NCBI RefSeq assembly: GCF_009914755.1
Contig: NC_060925.1
DNA: 64,000 nucleotides
Source of the DNA: the human T2T-CHM13v2.0 reference genome, Homo sapiens
Direction: 5' to 3' (one strand)
Shown: positions 1-12,897 of the stretch, in pieces
Layout of the letters: each line of letters opens with the position of its first letter
How positions within the stretch are numbered: position 1 is the stretch's first letter
Made by a program: the position numbers and the translations under genes
Notes under the pieces: model-generated
Database searches by the model: none
Seen by the model: the letters and a program-made list of their open reading frames with translations, nothing else
Told to the model about the DNA's origin: nothing

Positions 1-107
1 CTTGCACTTCACAGCTTCCAGAACCATAAGCCAAATAACCTATGGTTCTTTGTAAATTACTCAATCTCAGGTATTCTGTTTTAGCAGCATAAAATGAACT
101 TAGTGAC
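1..107 (+). mobile_element. MaLR LTR 3' end (MST/MLT1A-like), truncated by the window
   Basis: cagcttccagaac...aaattactcaatctcaggtattctgttttagcagca is a typical MaLR LTR terminus. Confidence 0.7.
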
Positions 108-1269
108 GAAACCTTATAGTTGATATCTGAGAGGACAGTCACATACTTTCACTGTGTGAAGCTGGGTGCTCTGTCAGAAGACAGATTCTGCCTCTATGAA
201 TGCTGCCCCTAACACAGGATTCCAAGGAGTCCATCCTGCTGTCCTTCAAATGTGTTCATTATTATTTTTCCCAGGGTCTGTCCTTGCCACACCTCCAGAT
301 TACCTGAGCTATATTTGTAGGCTTAGACTGTAGAAGGGAAGAACAGAGATAAGAAAGATTAGGAAAGGAGAGGAGAGAAACTAAACAGTAAATGGTTTGA
401 TAGGATCTGTTCACTTATCCCTGATAACTAACCTTCCCAAAGGGCAATCATAACCTACTAGAGATTCTTTCTTCACCTACTTGAGGGAAAACAATCTATA
501 GTTTTCATTATCATCCACACTAATAGGACAGATAATGAATATAAAGCATAAACAATCAAATACCTTTGGCATTAGAGTCTTTAGGATGTAGTCATCATAC
601 TCGTCACAGATTCTTTCTTGTTCTTTTTACCTAACTTTGTACTTGTACTTTTCTTTACCTTTGTTCATCTACTTCCTACTCCAGAAAGTGGGTTTATTAA
701 TGTGTGCAAAAGCAGGAAATATCATCCTTCTATCCACAGGCTACTAGGAGAATGAATTCTAAGGTTCCAGATATCAAAAGCAAACTGAGCAGAAGTATAC
801 CAGAGCTACACCCAGGATCCACTAGGCACCAGCTGAGTAACACTGGACAAGTGCCTGAACCTCTCCGAGTTTCAGTCCCTCGTATGTAAATTGGAAAGGG
901 ATCATGAGACATAACACTTGTGGCATAGAGTCTGGCATGTAAGAAATACTTCATATATGTTAGAATTATCACAGTTTTCAAAAGTTTGTTTTGCTCAAAT
1001 TTTTATTCCTTAAAAAACTGTCATGACCAAAATTTAAAGTATCCAAAAGCTGGGATATAATTTGAGGCAAGGTTACTGGGAAGCCAGTCTACTCTAAGGA
1101 CACAGAATAGGCTACTCACCTTAGCAATGGAATTTTTATTTGAGGATATACAAGAAAAATGGGGAAAGGAAGATGGCATTATAACTAAGGCACCACAGAG
1201 GTAAAGCACAACTAAAGCCACCATAAGGAATGAGACTTGCAAATAGATATGGCCAGCCTGAAAAGAATT

Positions 1270-1480
1270 TGGGCTTTGAAATCATAAGAACTGGATTTCA
1301 ATCCTTATTCTCTCATTTACTAGTTAATAACAAGGGAGAAAATATTTAATCTGTTCCTCAGATTCCTGAGCTATAAAAGTCAGGATATAAAATGACGTTC
1401 ACAGAGCTTCTCTGAGAACTAAATAAGACACATATATGACAGCCCAATGCCCAGCATCTAGAAAGCATTCAATAGCTTTT
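1270..1480 (+). mobile_element. MIR SINE
   Basis: gggctttgaaatca...ctggatttcaatcc...tttaatctgttcctcagattcc core. Confidence 0.6.
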
Positions 1481-3342
1481 AACTTGTTTTTCTTCCAAAC
1501 TATCTGGAAAATAATTTTCTAATTTCAGGGATGACAGGTTGGTCACAGAGCCAGAGTAGTTCTATGTGATTAACTGATGTTCTGCTGGCAGATTAAAATA
1601 TCACCTCATGAGAACCATAAGACCCGTTCCTTTAAAGTCTTATCATAAAAACATAGCATTTTAATAAAAATAGAAATTAAAAGAAACAATAGAAAATGTC
1701 CTCTATCTCTTCAGGGAAGGCCCTCTTAGAAGTTTGTGTCTAGTCTTATTCTTTTAAGACAGGAAGAAACACTGTAATGATTGAAGAAAATGACTCACAG
1801 TCTTCAATACTGGAGCCCAGAACTCAGGTCTGGGAGCTAGAAGATATGTTGCTGTCACCCTAAGACCCTCAACCCTCATGTTATTCTTTTCTGTCCACTC
1901 CCCCACCCCTCCTCTTTCTCCTTTCAATTTGTTTTTTGCTTCTCTCTTGCCAGTAGCAACAGCTGGTAATATTTAGCTCAATGGTAGTGAAGCTCAGGGC
2001 TGTGATACAAAGAATGTGAGATTATTTCTTCCATAAAATAAATATAAGATATTAAGGAACCGGATAGTGATGTTCTGATGCAAAACGGTGACTGCCTCCT
2101 TACCTCAGGACACAAAATAAGATCAGTCGAGTTCGCATTATAACACGAGAGGTTTAAGCTCCTCAAAGGGAGGACAGGCCTGATGCGACCCCCTGGCTCG
2201 GGCAGTTTAATCTGTTTACTTGATGTGTGCAATGGACAACAGATGCCTGATGGTGGTCCATTCTGAAGTGGTAAGGCAAGAAAGCAAAATCCCGTTGTGG
2301 AAGCACTCAGGAAGAGTTGCGCTTTGTTTTGTGTTCTATGAAATTCAAGTCGGGGGCCAGGGTTGGGGGCGGTGGCCTGAGTAGGCCTTTACCACACATA
2401 AAACATTAAGGGCAATGCAGATAATTTGATGCATCCACAAATCCTTTTCTTTCTGTAAGTGATTCTCTACTTTGCCAGATTCAGAGAATAGGTAAGAGCC
2501 TTTATCTTATATGAAAGTACTAGGCCTGCACAGCTCATTTCCTTATCCAAAAACATACGCTCAAAGTTTCTTTTCTTTACTTTTAAGTTACATAAAATAT
2601 GGGTCTTGCTCGGGTGGGGGACTGGAATGAAAAAAAATTACATATATCTATAACTCTCTATATATCTATATATCTATATGTAACTCCAACTTTTAAGTAA
2701 TAATAGATGATATAGACATAACCTGGAAAAAACTGATGCCAAGATCTTGCTCTTGGGTTATGGATGAAAACATCTAAAGAATCAAAGACTTCATAATTAA
2801 AAGATTACATCAATTTTAATATAAAATGTATATTTTTAAATCTTTTATAATGAAATTCAGGCTACAGGTCATACTCATTTTCTCTTCCTATATTTTTCTG
2901 AATGAGTATGATTACATTCGTGAATATAGAGTCTACAGTATATATAATAGAAACATAATCAATGAAAATTTGTTGATGAGGGATTCAAATCTTCCTCGAA
3001 GGGGATTTAGGGGAAATAACGCAGGCTTCGTAATCTTAGAGACAGGTTTTCATCCCACCCCTGTCCCTTATACTGGTTTTTAATTGTACTTGCAAACATT
3101 TTATTTTTTTAAAGCAGGCCAAAACCTTGCCTCTGAAATATTGTTTACAATGCTTGTTTGCTTAGCACATCCTCTTTCCATAGAGAGCATGCAGTGAAAA
3201 TAAACGAAGCCCTTATTCCTATCATCAACATGTACAAAATTAGGGGGTCCAAATTACAAAGTTTCACTCTCCCACACAGAGGAGACTTGTCAGCCCTGAG
3301 CTTTTGAGGCACAGAGGGCATATATATTTATTTTTTCATTAA

Positions 3343-3736
<394 letters not shown>

Positions 3737-4545
3737 GGCTATTTCTTAAAAAAGAAAAAGAAAAAAAAAGTACAAACATGTGCTTCACAGGAGAACAAAA
3801 TTTCGTGAAGATGAAACACTCCCTAAATAAGATTGTGTGGCAGAAGAAGATGAAGAATAGAAACATGAACACAATTTCCAAGATGGAAAGGATCTGGAAG
3901 ACTGGTCCCATCCATATATGTTGTCTTTCTTGCATTTGAATGATAAGCATTGTGATGCAGATTGCCCAGCCTGCAGATTAGTGCCTAGCACACCAAAGGC
4001 ATTCAACAATATTTATTGAACAAACAAATGAATCTCCTCTGCCCACAAGTTTGTACAGCTGTGGAGACCACCTACCAAAAAGTCCCTAGAAGCCTAAGAT
4101 GGTTGGGCTTCTTTGATACCTGTTTTGATAGCTGTTAACAGCTGAAACCACTAGGTTAACAGCTTAAACCACTAGGTTCCCCAGATGAAGAGATTAAATC
4201 AACATTAATATTTGGTCCATATTCTAATATCCAGGTAAATATATAGACCATGAACTGCTGGTTTTGAAAGTCCTCAGACTTTGGTCTTTTTAGTTCTGAA
4301 CTGAAATCTCAAAATTCAAGAAAAAAGGCATCAGTACTCAAAAAATCTTATATTTTATGCTATATATTAGATTCTGTTGTTATTAAATAATGATACATAC
4401 GAATACCTCAGTCTGTTGATATCTATTGAATCTGTTGAACCTGGCAAGACCTACTTTAACATTAAGGACTAAATCTCTAAAATTAATCATGCATGTGACC
4501 TTGGACAAGCCCCATTCCTGTAGTGGCATAATGAGAATACCGGAC

Positions 4546-4732
4546 TAGATCAATGGTTCTCAAACTTTGCTGCCTGTTAGAATCACTTTGGGAGCTTTAA
4601 AAAAATCTTGATGTGCAGGCTGCACCCCAGACCAATTTAATCAGGCTTTCTGGACACACGAACTGGGCATCATAGGTTATAAATCACCTTCAGGTGATAC
4701 CAATGAACAGCCTGCAGTGAAAACTACTGGAT
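4546..4732. mobile_element. MER5-family hAT-Charlie DNA transposon (MITE)
   Basis: caatggttctcaaactttgctgc...ttagaatcac...gaaaactactgg termini. Confidence 0.7.
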
Positions 4733-6334
4733 TAGGGGCCCTCTAAAGTTCCTTGCTCTTCTCAAAGCTGGGATTCTTTAGTTCCAAAAAGGTGAGATGA
4801 CCTCTCCTGGAACTAGAATTTCTCTCCTTAATATGTAGTCTATCTTTTTCAACCAACTTGGATTAAACTGCCTAAGCACTCCGATATATCACACATTCAT
4901 GCCCAAACTGCTCTTCAGCAATGCTGGGGCTTGGAGGTTCTGGCTTCTGATAATGCAGGGTTTAAGGAACTAGATTTTTGCTACTGGTCAAAAGCTCCCA
5001 CTTAGTCCCTGAGGGTGTATGCACCAGGAGTATGTGACGGAAAGTTTTTCTGCTCCTGTAATTTTGTCAGACCTTCAGATGGGTTTGCCCAAAGGACCAA
5101 GTAGAAAAGTGTACATATTCACCATTCTCCCTTCTCCTTTCTCCTATACACACGTGCTTTGAAAACAGAAATAGGCAAAGTGCTTTACCTATTCAGTTTC
5201 CTTCCCCTGCTTTGCTTTTCTAATGTGAAATCATGTCTCCTATTGCCAGGAGAGGAGTTTCTTGAACTTGTCCATGACAAGCTGGATGATTAAGTTAATT
5301 AACTGTTCTGAATTGGTAAGGGCAAGAGTATTCATACTTAACAGGCTCCCACAGTACTGTGCTTAGAACGACTTGCCCATCCTCCCCAATACCCCTGCCC
5401 CTGCAATGTAAGAGGTTCTTACATTAGTGCATGAGAGTAGGAGAGCAGGGTCCAGAGGCTTGATTTATTGACAGCCATCAAATGCCAGGTACTTTGTATC
5501 ACCTTGTTTCAACCTAGGATGCTGGAGCTGTCCCTGTTTTACAATGAAGAAAACCTGGCCTCTGAGAGGCCCCCTGATTTGCCTAAAGGCATACAGTTGG
5601 TCAATGGAAATGCCTAGATTTGAACCCAGGTGTAAGTGAGCAAAATTTCACTCTGCTGAGCACATCGTGAATGAGGAACAGATAAAGCAAGAACATGGCT
5701 GGGAGAGAGAGTTCATTTCTATTATCTGTTCACCTACACTTAAATTAGGAAGCAGGAGAGTGTACCCAAAAGCTCAGAGAGAGGACAGCCAACTAACTGT
5801 GCAGCAGTTCAGAAAGAAGTTTCAGGACTTCCTGAAAGACAGGAGCAGGCCATTCAACTCCTTCCCTCCTTTTTCCTTCACATTCTAACTCAACACAACC
5901 CTAGGCTCAGGAACCAGCGCACCCCTCCTTCCATCTACCCTTTTATAGTCAGTCCACAATCCTTATTCCAAAAATAAATCCTCCTGATGAGATGATGAGA
6001 GGCAACAAAAAGCAAAGCTAAAAAGTTTTATGCTTTTGTTATGGGACATTATTTGGACAGAATTATTATCATGTTTTTACAAATTTCCCTAAAACAAATA
6101 ATTCTGGATATACCCAAATTACTCCAGCCTCCTGGCCCAATATGTTTTTGCAATTACTTGGCACTCCAACTCTATGCAACTTAAATTAGTTAACAGTCAC
6201 CAAGTTATTTTTAGGCCATAGCAACACACACACTCTACTATACCTAGCTTGTTATTTGTACTCCTTAGGAACAAAATTTGCCTTTGTACTGGCACTATCA
6301 TTTCCTTTCAATCAATATCAATAAAAACATTCTA

Positions 6335-6560
6335 CCATATTTATGGAGTGCTTACCATGTATGTGTATAAAGTTCTGAACACTTTACACACATTAATTCA
6401 TTTATTTCAGAAACTAACACTTTGAGATAGCTATTGTTATATCCTCTTTTTGTTAATGAGGTAACTAAGGAACTGAAGGATTCAGTTCCTTCCCCAAGGG
6501 CACATACCTAGTTAGAGGGGAGCCAAGGCTAGCATTCAGGCTGACTAGATCCGAAGTTCT
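6335..6560 (-). mobile_element. MIR SINE
   Basis: atttatggagtgcttaccatgt...gaggtaactaagg...cccaagggcacatacctagttag. Confidence 0.65.
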
Positions 6561-8619
6561 GCCTTGATTTCTCCATCATTTGCTACAAGGCTAATGTTTG
6601 ACATTTTAGCCTTGGATGTTAACCAGAGGCTCAGAATAACAACAGCACGTTTATGAATGTAGATATGTCTTTATTTCAGGTATTTTTTAAAATCCTCATA
6701 ACATCTCTGAGAGAAAAGGGGAGACTTTTATTCCCTTCCCCACCCCACCCCCGAAAAAAGGGCAGAAACAGAATATTTTTCACAGGTCTCTGATTTCTGA
6801 GCCTAGCCATCCACTTTGTCATAGAACTCTACATTGCCAATAAGAGTATATTTCAGAATTCTTTTCAACTAGGGAAAAGTGTGCAATGTATGGTGCTCAA
6901 TTCTAAGGAGTGATGAAGTTTTATAGTATAAAGGCCTAACTGCCTGCATGATCAAATCCTCCCCATGGATCATCCTTTTAAACCATTTCCCTCTTCTTCT
7001 CACATTCCCCCAGTAAAGGCCTTTGGTACAGAGCAGTCCTATAAAGATTGTAGCAGTTGGTCATTCCTTGTTTTACAACAGCATAGAGCAAGTAGAGGCA
7101 TGGGCTCTGACATACCAGGGAGGAAGGGGGACACACAGACCCCAAGGAGGCACCTGGAGCCCTCCTACTCCCAGGGAGGGAAGCTCCTCTGTAGACCTGA
7201 CTGCCAGTCAGTCACAGAGGGATTCGAAGTTGAAAAGCACTTAAAAATGGGTACATGACACTCAAGTGTTTACGAGTGAAAATGTTCATAGTATACTATA
7301 AAATATTTCCAGCTTTATTGAATTTGAAACATTAATTTACACATTAAACATACTTAAATACATTAAAACATTATCTATATTTTTAAATATTTCAACAGAA
7401 AAGAGAAAGCAAATAGGAAAAATATAATTGTTTAATCTGGTTGATAGGTGTATGGATGTTCATTACACACTTTTCTGCTTTTCTATATGCTTGAAAATGT
7501 TTATAATAACATTTTTGAAGGCATATACTGTCTTTAAGAAAAAGGGGCAGTAGACTATTTCTTCCTACCTAAGTAAATGACAAATTATTTCCCTGGACCC
7601 AGCTTTACTGAAAAGAAAGGGAGCCTGAAAAACTTTATAGCAAAAACGGTAGCTCTCGTTATGGATGGTCTAGAATTGTTCAGCTTTCTTACTCAGTTTG
7701 ACTAGAAAGCAAGTTTTAGTTGATTAAAAATCAGCTTTGAGTAAAACAATATAATTCTTTCAAAGACCTCACAAATCCCTAAATATTTATTCATTTGGAT
7801 CATTTTCACCAGGTTGAAGAGAAGCACAGGTCTGATGCCATTTATTCTTTAGAAGATGAGACTAAAACATAGATTCTAGCATAGGTCACAACAGGGAGGG
7901 CACTGTAAATTAGAACAGTAACTTAATCCCAGGGGCTGCCATGCCTCTGATCGGTTTCTTCCCAACCTGACACAGCATTACTAAAATGGCAAGTTAGCAG
8001 CCGCTCTACTTGACAGACAGCACCAAAAATGGAGAGTATGGCATGGAGACAGGGGGACAAGGATCTTGGACAGGGAGGGTAGCAACCAGTGTTTACAAAC
8101 ATAAACCAGAGCATCAGATGGGCCAGCCATAAATTACCCAAGATTGTACTGAAATCTCTGAAAATAAACTAACAAGCCTTTAGAAGTTTCCTCCTTATGT
8201 TCTAACTATGCCCCCCTCCCACCAACTTCCCTGCAAAAATTACTCCTTCCGAAATGGTACCACTACCACTCTTGCTGAAACACAATCTTATCACCAAGGG
8301 AGGGGATTACTCAAATAAATCTGAGAGGAGAAGCCAGACCAGAATGGTCTGCTTGACCCACTCAAGAATCTGAGAGAAGTCTGCTGGTCATGCCTTTGGG
8401 GAATGCCCACCCCGTCTTTCACCACAGTGGTGCTATGGTATTAATCTCTGGTTTACCAAGTTGAAAGGATAACGAAGGGCATTCTAATATTGACCCATTC
8501 CTTTCCCTTCTTTTCCATCTTGGTCCCAATTTTAGGCCATTCTCCCAAAAGATACCAAAATGATAATGATAATTATAAAGTAGAATATAGACCCCTTCAC
8601 TCCTGAACTACATATTTTC

Positions 8620-9300
8620 AATGAAATTCCCAGATATTTGAAGAAAAGGCCCCCAAAACTACAAATAATCTAACCTCTACCACCAGAGCATCTTCCAAGT
8701 CGACTGCCGCGGTGTCTCACCAACTCGAAAATGACGAGGCCTCGCAGTGGCTGCCCAGGGCGCCCAGTGGTGAGGTCAGCAGTGTGTCCTGCCCCGCCCC
8801 ATTGAGGCAATCTTACTCTGACACTGAGGAAGAAGTCTAGGCTGTCCAGAATCTCAGCTGCATCCACAGGAAAGGGAGAGAGGATCCTCACTTTCACAAG
8901 TAGCACCCAGGAGATTCATTTCTCAATGACTGATGGGTCACCCCTATCCACAACTCCACCCACTGCAAAATAGAGAGTAGGGTCTGCAACTCCTTGTAAT
9001 CATCCCCATGATTAGGAGGTCTAGGATCATCTTGATCCGTGTTGTTTCCTCTCTTCAGATCATGAAGACACAAAAGACTTGCTTTTTATCATGAACACCT
9101 GCTCTGCGTGAGAAAAGAGGAGATCATCATGATCATTGGCTATCCTCCTCTTTGCTCCCCAAGACAAACTATTACAAATGGGAAATTCCTCGGTAGGATT
9201 TTCTCATTTGTAAGAGGCTAGACACATCAAGATTATGGTAAGACAATAGCAGGGTAAATATCCTGGGAATCACTCAAAGTCAACCATACAAGAATACAGA
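8620..9300 (-). promoter_or_regulatory. Candidate intronic promoter/alternative first exon or enhancer in intron 2
   Basis: Local CpG retention at 8700-8800; GC box CCCCGCCCC ~8791; TGAGGTCA ~8771; kB sites GGGAAATTCC at 9180-9189 and TGAAATTCCC at 8622-8631; possible minus-strand donor GAG|GTTAGA at 8675/8674. Confidence 0.45.
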
Positions 9301-10765
9301 AACAATAAAATACAGAGCTATATGGAGGAAATCTGAACATATTTGTGACCTCAAGAAAACCCACCACAACCACCACGACCAGGAAATGTCTAGAAGCTTC
9401 TGGAACTCTCTACATACAATTCTTTCATGTTCTCCTTCCCAGCAAAGCCCACCAGCCCTAAGGAGAGATGTGCCTTTGTGGTAGTGTAGCCCCATGAGGG
9501 CAAGTTTGAGGAGAGCGGAGGGTGGGAAGAGGAGATTGTGTCAGTGGAATTCAGAACTATAATTCCCAGAACACTGCTTAACAAAAGGCAGAATGCCCCA
9601 CTGGGAAGACAAGAAGGAGAATGGCAAAGCTGTCCCATAGAGACAAAATAACTAACTTGCTCACCCACATGTCCTATTGCAATTTAAATATGCAATGTGT
9701 TCAAACTCAGCAACACCTTTGGTCAACACACTTTAGGAGACTGGTTGGAGATGTGACCCAGAAACTGCGTACCTTGGCTCAGAACACAAGAGGAGAGAAG
9801 AGAGAAGACGACTATCTCTCACTACCACCACCAGGTAAAAGATGCCGAATGAGAGTGATGTACAGTGCCCCAAAAGTCAGTATCTGAGGGCAAAGAGGTG
9901 CAACTAGGCTGGGCACAGGATGCAGGCTACTTGGAAAGGTTAGGCAACACGGTATGGAAGGTGCTCCGAGAAGAGTGGTGAATAATTCCTTCTGCCAGAG
10001 CTCAGTTCTGCTAATCTCAGTTATTCTGCATTCAGTATACTGGGGCAAGTGACCCATTACTCCATCTTGGGAGGAGCCATGATGCCAACCGTTGTCAGGT
10101 GAGGCCAGAAAAAACAATGGGTTGGGGAGTGTTTCATAAAAACGTCTCTGTTCCCTTGGAGCCTTGGCAGAGGAATGGATGTAATTGGTGAACTTATACT
10201 TTATATGGGGCCTTAGAATAAGAAGCTCTGCCCTTCTTCAAGGTCACTTTATAAACCACATAAAAGTCAAGCTGGTCAGAAAGGTGAGAAAGAGAAAGAA
10301 TTTCCCACAGTAAGAACTGGTACCTGTAGGTTTACTTGTAGTTCACCATAGTTGCTCCTTCCTCTGTTCCATCAACATTGGTTAAGTCTGAGAGACAATA
10401 ACTTTCCAACTAGTGATTGATTGGAATAGAGCTAGCAGACCAGGCATGACTTGAGATACCATCTGGTGTGTATAAAGCCCCTTTTTAGAAAGATGAGAAA
10501 ACAGTCCCAGAGAGGTGAAATGACTTGCACAATGCAAATTAGAACCCAAATGAAGGGTAGAACCCAGATCTTCTGGCTTCCAGTTCAGTGCTGCTGGGTT
10601 TTTCTTACTAAACCAAAACAATAAAGAGCATAGAAGGGAAGAGAAGAATAAAGTCTATTTTGGTCTTTGGTAGCCAGGGTAAGGAGAATGCTGTCACTCT
10701 ACGAGAAAACCCAAAGTGAACCCGGCTAATCAGGACCGTGCTTGGGAAGGGAGCAGGGGCATTAC

Positions 10766-11576
10766 CTTTCAACACCAGAGGTTCTTTGCCTTCTCTCTTC
10801 AGGGACTCGAGGACTATGTGAAGTGGCTGGGAGGGCATCACTCGGCTTGGTTCATTGGTATTCTCATCATAAACTATAATTTCTTTGGAAAAGATCCTCT
10901 TGAAAGAGTCCTTGCCTTCCCTACAGGAAATCAAGTCTAGGACAGTGATCTTGCCCTGCTGCAGTCTCCGCCGGCTGATCTTATCGGCACAGTTAATGTG
11001 GACAGCTCCTTGGATGTGACTCTTGTTGTACTCCATGAAGGGCCTGCAGTCAATGATGACAGGGCCCTGACTCGGCAGGTGACTCTTGCTGCATTTGGTC
11101 ATCTTCTTTGCCAAGTCATTGGGGTAGATTATTTTGATGCTGGCTAGCTGCTTGGGGGTCCCTGACACAGGGCTGCCCACCCCACTTGATGGACTTAGAG
11201 AGCCTGTATTCTCATTATTGTTGACCATCTGGTTAGCAGGGCAGGTGGTAGAGGTTCCGATGGCAGTGGTGGTGGTGCCAGCGGCAATGGCTTGGGTTTG
11301 GGCCTGATTGTCCTTGTCGTAGGTTGCCACAGTGCAGCAGCTGGCACTGCTGCATCCACAATTCAGCGAGCGGGCAGAGCCGCTGGATGAGGGCATATAC
11401 GTCAGATTCGCAGCCTTGAGGGACACAACGGTGGTGGCGATGACAGGAGGGTGGCTGTTACTGCCTGGGTTGGCAGAGCCAAGGTAACTAGAGTCTAAAC
11501 AAAGGTTGAGATCCTGAGGTCGGACGGGCCTAGATAGTGCCACTACTACCCTGTCGTCTAAAGGAGACGGAGGCAT
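10766..11576 (-). CDS. DUSP10: Dual specificity protein phosphatase 10 (MKP-5), first coding exon (exon 2), codons 1-270 plus 1 nt: N-terminal Ser/Thr-rich region and rhodanese (CH2) MAPK-binding domain
   Basis: The translation MPPSPLDDRVVVALSRPVRPQDLNL...PVIIDCRPFMEYNKSHIQGAVHINCADKISRRRLQQGKITVLDLI...EGKEPLVLKG is DUSP10 and includes the basic KIM (SRRRL). ATG is at 11576-11574. The canonical donor AAAG|GTAATG lies at 10766/10765 (phase 1). The track ORF 10608..11597 over-extends at both ends. Confidence 0.97.
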
Positions 11577-11619
11577 GAGGAGGCTGAAAACTGGCAATTC
11601 AAGAAGAACTCAAGACAGT
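11577..11619 (-). other. DUSP10: DUSP10 exon 2 5'UTR portion (43 nt) and splice acceptor
   Basis: Minus strand reads a polypyrimidine tract TTCTTTCTTTCCCCCTTCCCCTTCTTTACAG|ACTGTC, with the acceptor AG at 11621-11620. Confidence 0.92.
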
Positions 11620-12835
11620 CTGTAAAGAAGGGGAAGGGGGAAAGAAAGAATAAAGTCACGTGACACAAAAGGCAGTCTCATCCAATCCCTGGGAAAGACC
11701 TTTGCATCCCTCTGAGCAAAGTCGTCCTAATTGCCCTTTATCATACCATTATCAAAACTTGAAATTCATTTTTATGTATTCAAAGAGGATGCAAACCTGA
11801 GGGCTCCAATCAATTTGGTTGCTAAGTCTAAGGTTAAATTTGGATGTAATGTTGTAAATGTTAATGAACAACCTTTCCTGGACCTACATAAAAGTTCAGC
11901 TGTAGAGAAGGTATAAGCACAAATAATTAGAAAAGCTGAAGACAGAAGGGAGGCTCTTAAGAGGCATCTATTCTGAACCTCAGCTCTCGGGCAGAAGTAC
12001 ACTGCAAACATCTGAGAAAGACCCATTTGTCCACCCTTGCATGCTTGCCATTTAATTCCCTCACTCGCTGCAAAGGCAAAGGGGTAACCAAGAGCACTGG
12101 CATGGTTCACAGAAAGGTACAGCAGCTAAATATACATCAGGGTGGATGTCAACTTTCTGCAAATCCCCTTAAGTGAATCTCTTTAACTTGGAGCTATTCT
12201 TGCCTTCCATTCTCTATTGGGGTCCTTTGAAAAGCACAACATAGTCATACTAAAACCTCACATGTTGTCTTTTGGCCTCTTATAAATTAATCTGCATTTC
12301 CCCTTTTCACTACTAACTGGTGTCCTAAAACGAAATCTCAAGCCATGGAGCCAGATCTGGAAACCTGGAAACCCCAGCCCCGGCAAATCCCTCACCCTTT
12401 GCTCTCTCACCTGCCCCCGCCCTCATTCCTGCCTGGAAAGGACAACTTGGGCTCTCCTCCCCTCTTCATCTCCCTGGCTGGCACAGACTGTGCATCCTAG
12501 AGCTTCTCTCAATGGGAGGCAGCCACGTTGTATAAGGTTTCAATCCCATACAGATATCCCCCCTTCAAGAGTACTGATTCCGTAAAGAGGACCTCCCAAT
12601 TAGCCTGTACTCGTTGAAAGGGACAGTGAATTGTTGCCCACCGGATCTATCTCTGATTTCAGAGTGTCTGCAAAAAGACAGCTCCTTCCTCCTGTAGGCA
12701 CAGGGGCACTCTACAACTCAGGCTTGCTAACTCTTCTTCTTCTATTAGACATGCACATAGCAAAGACGCCAAACCCCACGCCAAGAGACGCTCACCTAAA
12801 CGAACTTTAAGAGCTATCAGGAAAAATGCCATCTA

Positions 12836-12897
12836 TCATCCGTCTACACACGACCGTCACCATTCTCATCCGTCTACACACGACCGTCACCATTCTC
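12836..12897. repeat. Exact 30-bp tandem duplication (2 copies)
   Basis: TCATCCGTCTACACACGACCGTCACCATTC at 12836-12865 and 12866-12895. Confidence 0.95.

Noticed and set aside
11577-11597. Track ORF start (MPVFSLL) upstream of the DUSP10 ATG
   Set aside because: The track start is a TTG codon; the recognised protein begins MPPSPLDD at 11576.
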